From an uncultured Anaerolineaceae bacterium (GTDB lineage: Bacteria; Chloroflexota; Anaerolineae; Anaerolineales; Anaerolineaceae), in the NCBI GenBank assembly GCA_964586385.1, contig CAZPIM010000001.1, forward strand, positions 24,710 to 88,709: a DNA stretch of 64,000 nt. The letters are read 5' to 3'. Of the stretch, positions 63,149 to 64,000 are shown one piece after another. The notes under the pieces are model-generated. The model was not told the origin of the DNA. It ran no database searches and was given only the letters and a program-made list of their open reading frames with translations. Position 1 is the stretch's first letter. Each line of letters opens with the position of its first letter. Made by a program: the position numbers and the translations under genes.

Positions 63149-63826
63149 ATGCGAAAATTCTTTGGGATCGTCTTTATCAGCATTATATTTTTTGCTTGCC
63201 TTTATGCAGGAATATACTTAGCAGAAAATACAGCACCCTCTCCAAAATCAAATACGAACTTTGTTAATTTTGAATCCGCAAACCAGAATAATATTTTATT
63301 AATTGTCGTCGATCAATTAGATCAAAGCCCAACGAATTTTATCTCGGCATGGACAATCGTTTTTTATTACCATAATCCGGATGGACTGATCATTTTACCT
63401 TTAAGTCTTCAGGGTAATGAAAACAATACACAAATTTCGGAAATTTTTCATTTGGATAACAAAAAATTTATCACAAAGCAATCGATAAATGCCTTCCAAC
63501 AAGAATTTGACATGAGTTGGGATGGCATCATATTGGTCGATTTTTATGCAATGCAAACTATCTTGCCCTGGATTTCTTCACAATCAATCAATTATTCGAT
63601 AGAAGAATTCATGACAAAGACGGCGAATACGGATAATTTATCATCCATAATTGACCCCATTTGTGATTCAATCTCACAAAACCTGGCACCTCTGGAATTT
63701 TTGAATTTCGAATCAATATTTAGTTCTCATCTTTTGAGCAATTTATCCGATGAAAAATTAAAATCCATTTGGACAAAGTTTTCTTCAGATTTTCCAATCG
63801 AATGTGAATTGATTTTGACCGAATAA
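63149..63826 (+). CDS. Hypothetical membrane-anchored protein
   Basis: 225 aa with an N-terminal TM helix. NILLIVVDQLD...WTIVFYYHNPDGLIILPLS faintly resembles the start of LytR-CpsA-Psr domains, but the conserved charged residues are missing. Confidence 0.5.
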   Translation: MRKFFGIVFISIIFFACLYAGIYLAENTAPSPKSNTNFVNFESANQNNILLIVVDQLDQSPTNFISAWTIVFYYHNPDGLIILPLSLQGNENNTQISEIFHLDNKKFITKQSINAFQQEFDMSWDGIILVDFYAMQTILPWISSQSINYSIEEFMTKTANTDNLSSIIDPICDSISQNLAPLEFLNFESIFSSHLLSNLSDEKLKSIWTKFSSDFPIECELILTE

Positions 63827-63874
63827 TTTTTTATATGACCTTTTGCTCCAATTCCCATCATTTTATTTTTCACA

Positions 63875-63883
63875 TGATATAAT
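63875..63883 (+). promoter_or_regulatory. Extended -10 promoter element
   Basis: TGaTATAAT at 63875-63883, upstream of the last, partial ORF. Confidence 0.35.
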
Positions 63884-63930
63884 TTTTCGGAAAAATAAAT
63901 TAATTAATAGATAACAAATTGGAGATTAAA

Positions 63931-64000
63931 TTGAATACAGAAACCCATCCAACCGTGGTTGAAGATAATGTTGTAGTTACTTTGGAATACGAATTGAAAG
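63931..64000 (+). CDS. Partial ORF, possibly an FKBP-type (SlyD-like) peptidyl-prolyl isomerase; N-terminal 23 codons only
   Basis: The TTG at 63931 lies 5 nt after GGAGA. The translation LNTETHPTVVEDNVVVTLEYELK resembles SlyD/FKBP N-termini. The fragment is too short to be sure. Confidence 0.3.
   Translation, partial: MNTETHPTVVEDNVVVTLEYELK

Noticed and set aside
63149-63826. The 225-aa membrane protein as a LytR-CpsA-Psr (LCP) phosphotransferase.
   Set aside because: Only a faint pattern resemblance exists at the start of the domain. The conserved Arg/Asp residues I associate with LCP catalysis are not visible. It is left as hypothetical.

Overview
Low-GC, densely coding chromosomal window of about 60 CDS. 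Non-coding DNA is limited to short promoter, leader and terminator gaps. I found no rRNA, tRNA, CRISPR array, transposase, integrase or prophage block.

Gene content and the Thr/Pro-rich linkers in secreted proteins suggest a monoderm-style, Chloroflexota/Anaerolineae-like bacterium. That is inference and cannot be tested here.

Contents in order:
- Isoprenoid genes (partial polyprenyl synthase, type-2 IPP isomerase), an orphan ACP, and sucCD.
- An SPFH-HTH fusion with a helical partner.
- A secretin-less Flp/Tad pilus locus (flp, cpaB, REC-cpaE/tadZ, cpaF, tadB, tadC) followed by comF and hpf.
- efp with two coupled unknown genes, then ftsH, miaA, yraN, a cinA-like gene, and an MtaD-type deaminase fused to a CYTH domain.
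- glgA-glgC-malQ, an EamA transporter, a ferredoxin, an AspA/FumC-family lyase, and ppgK-mltG-ruvX preceded by an unknown membrane protein.
- An RluE-like pseudouridine synthase, a lipoprotein, and a DnaQ-like exonuclease.
- A tightly coupled four-gene helicase/nuclease/RecJ operon.
- rpsF-ssb-rpsR with a structured leader, a parvulin PPIase, smc-rnc, a moaD/E fusion plus moaC, scpA, an aldo/keto reductase, mutS, a GH57 enzyme, and an SDR epimerase.
- ftsZ flanked by unknown genes.

The most unusual items:
1. The 'disassembled AddAB-like' operon ending in recJ (36.6-44.1 kb).
2. The SPFH-excisionase-HTH fusion cassette (4.4-6.1 kb).
3. EF-P with Arg at the modification tip, coupled to a Cys-rich protein and a HAD-DinB fusion.
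4. The MtaD-CYTH fusion.
5. A canonical receiver domain on the Tad CpaE/TadZ ATPase.
6. ftsZ coupled to an uncharacterised 446-aa gene instead of ftsQ/ftsA.

All functional calls rest on motif recognition by eye. No database search was run.
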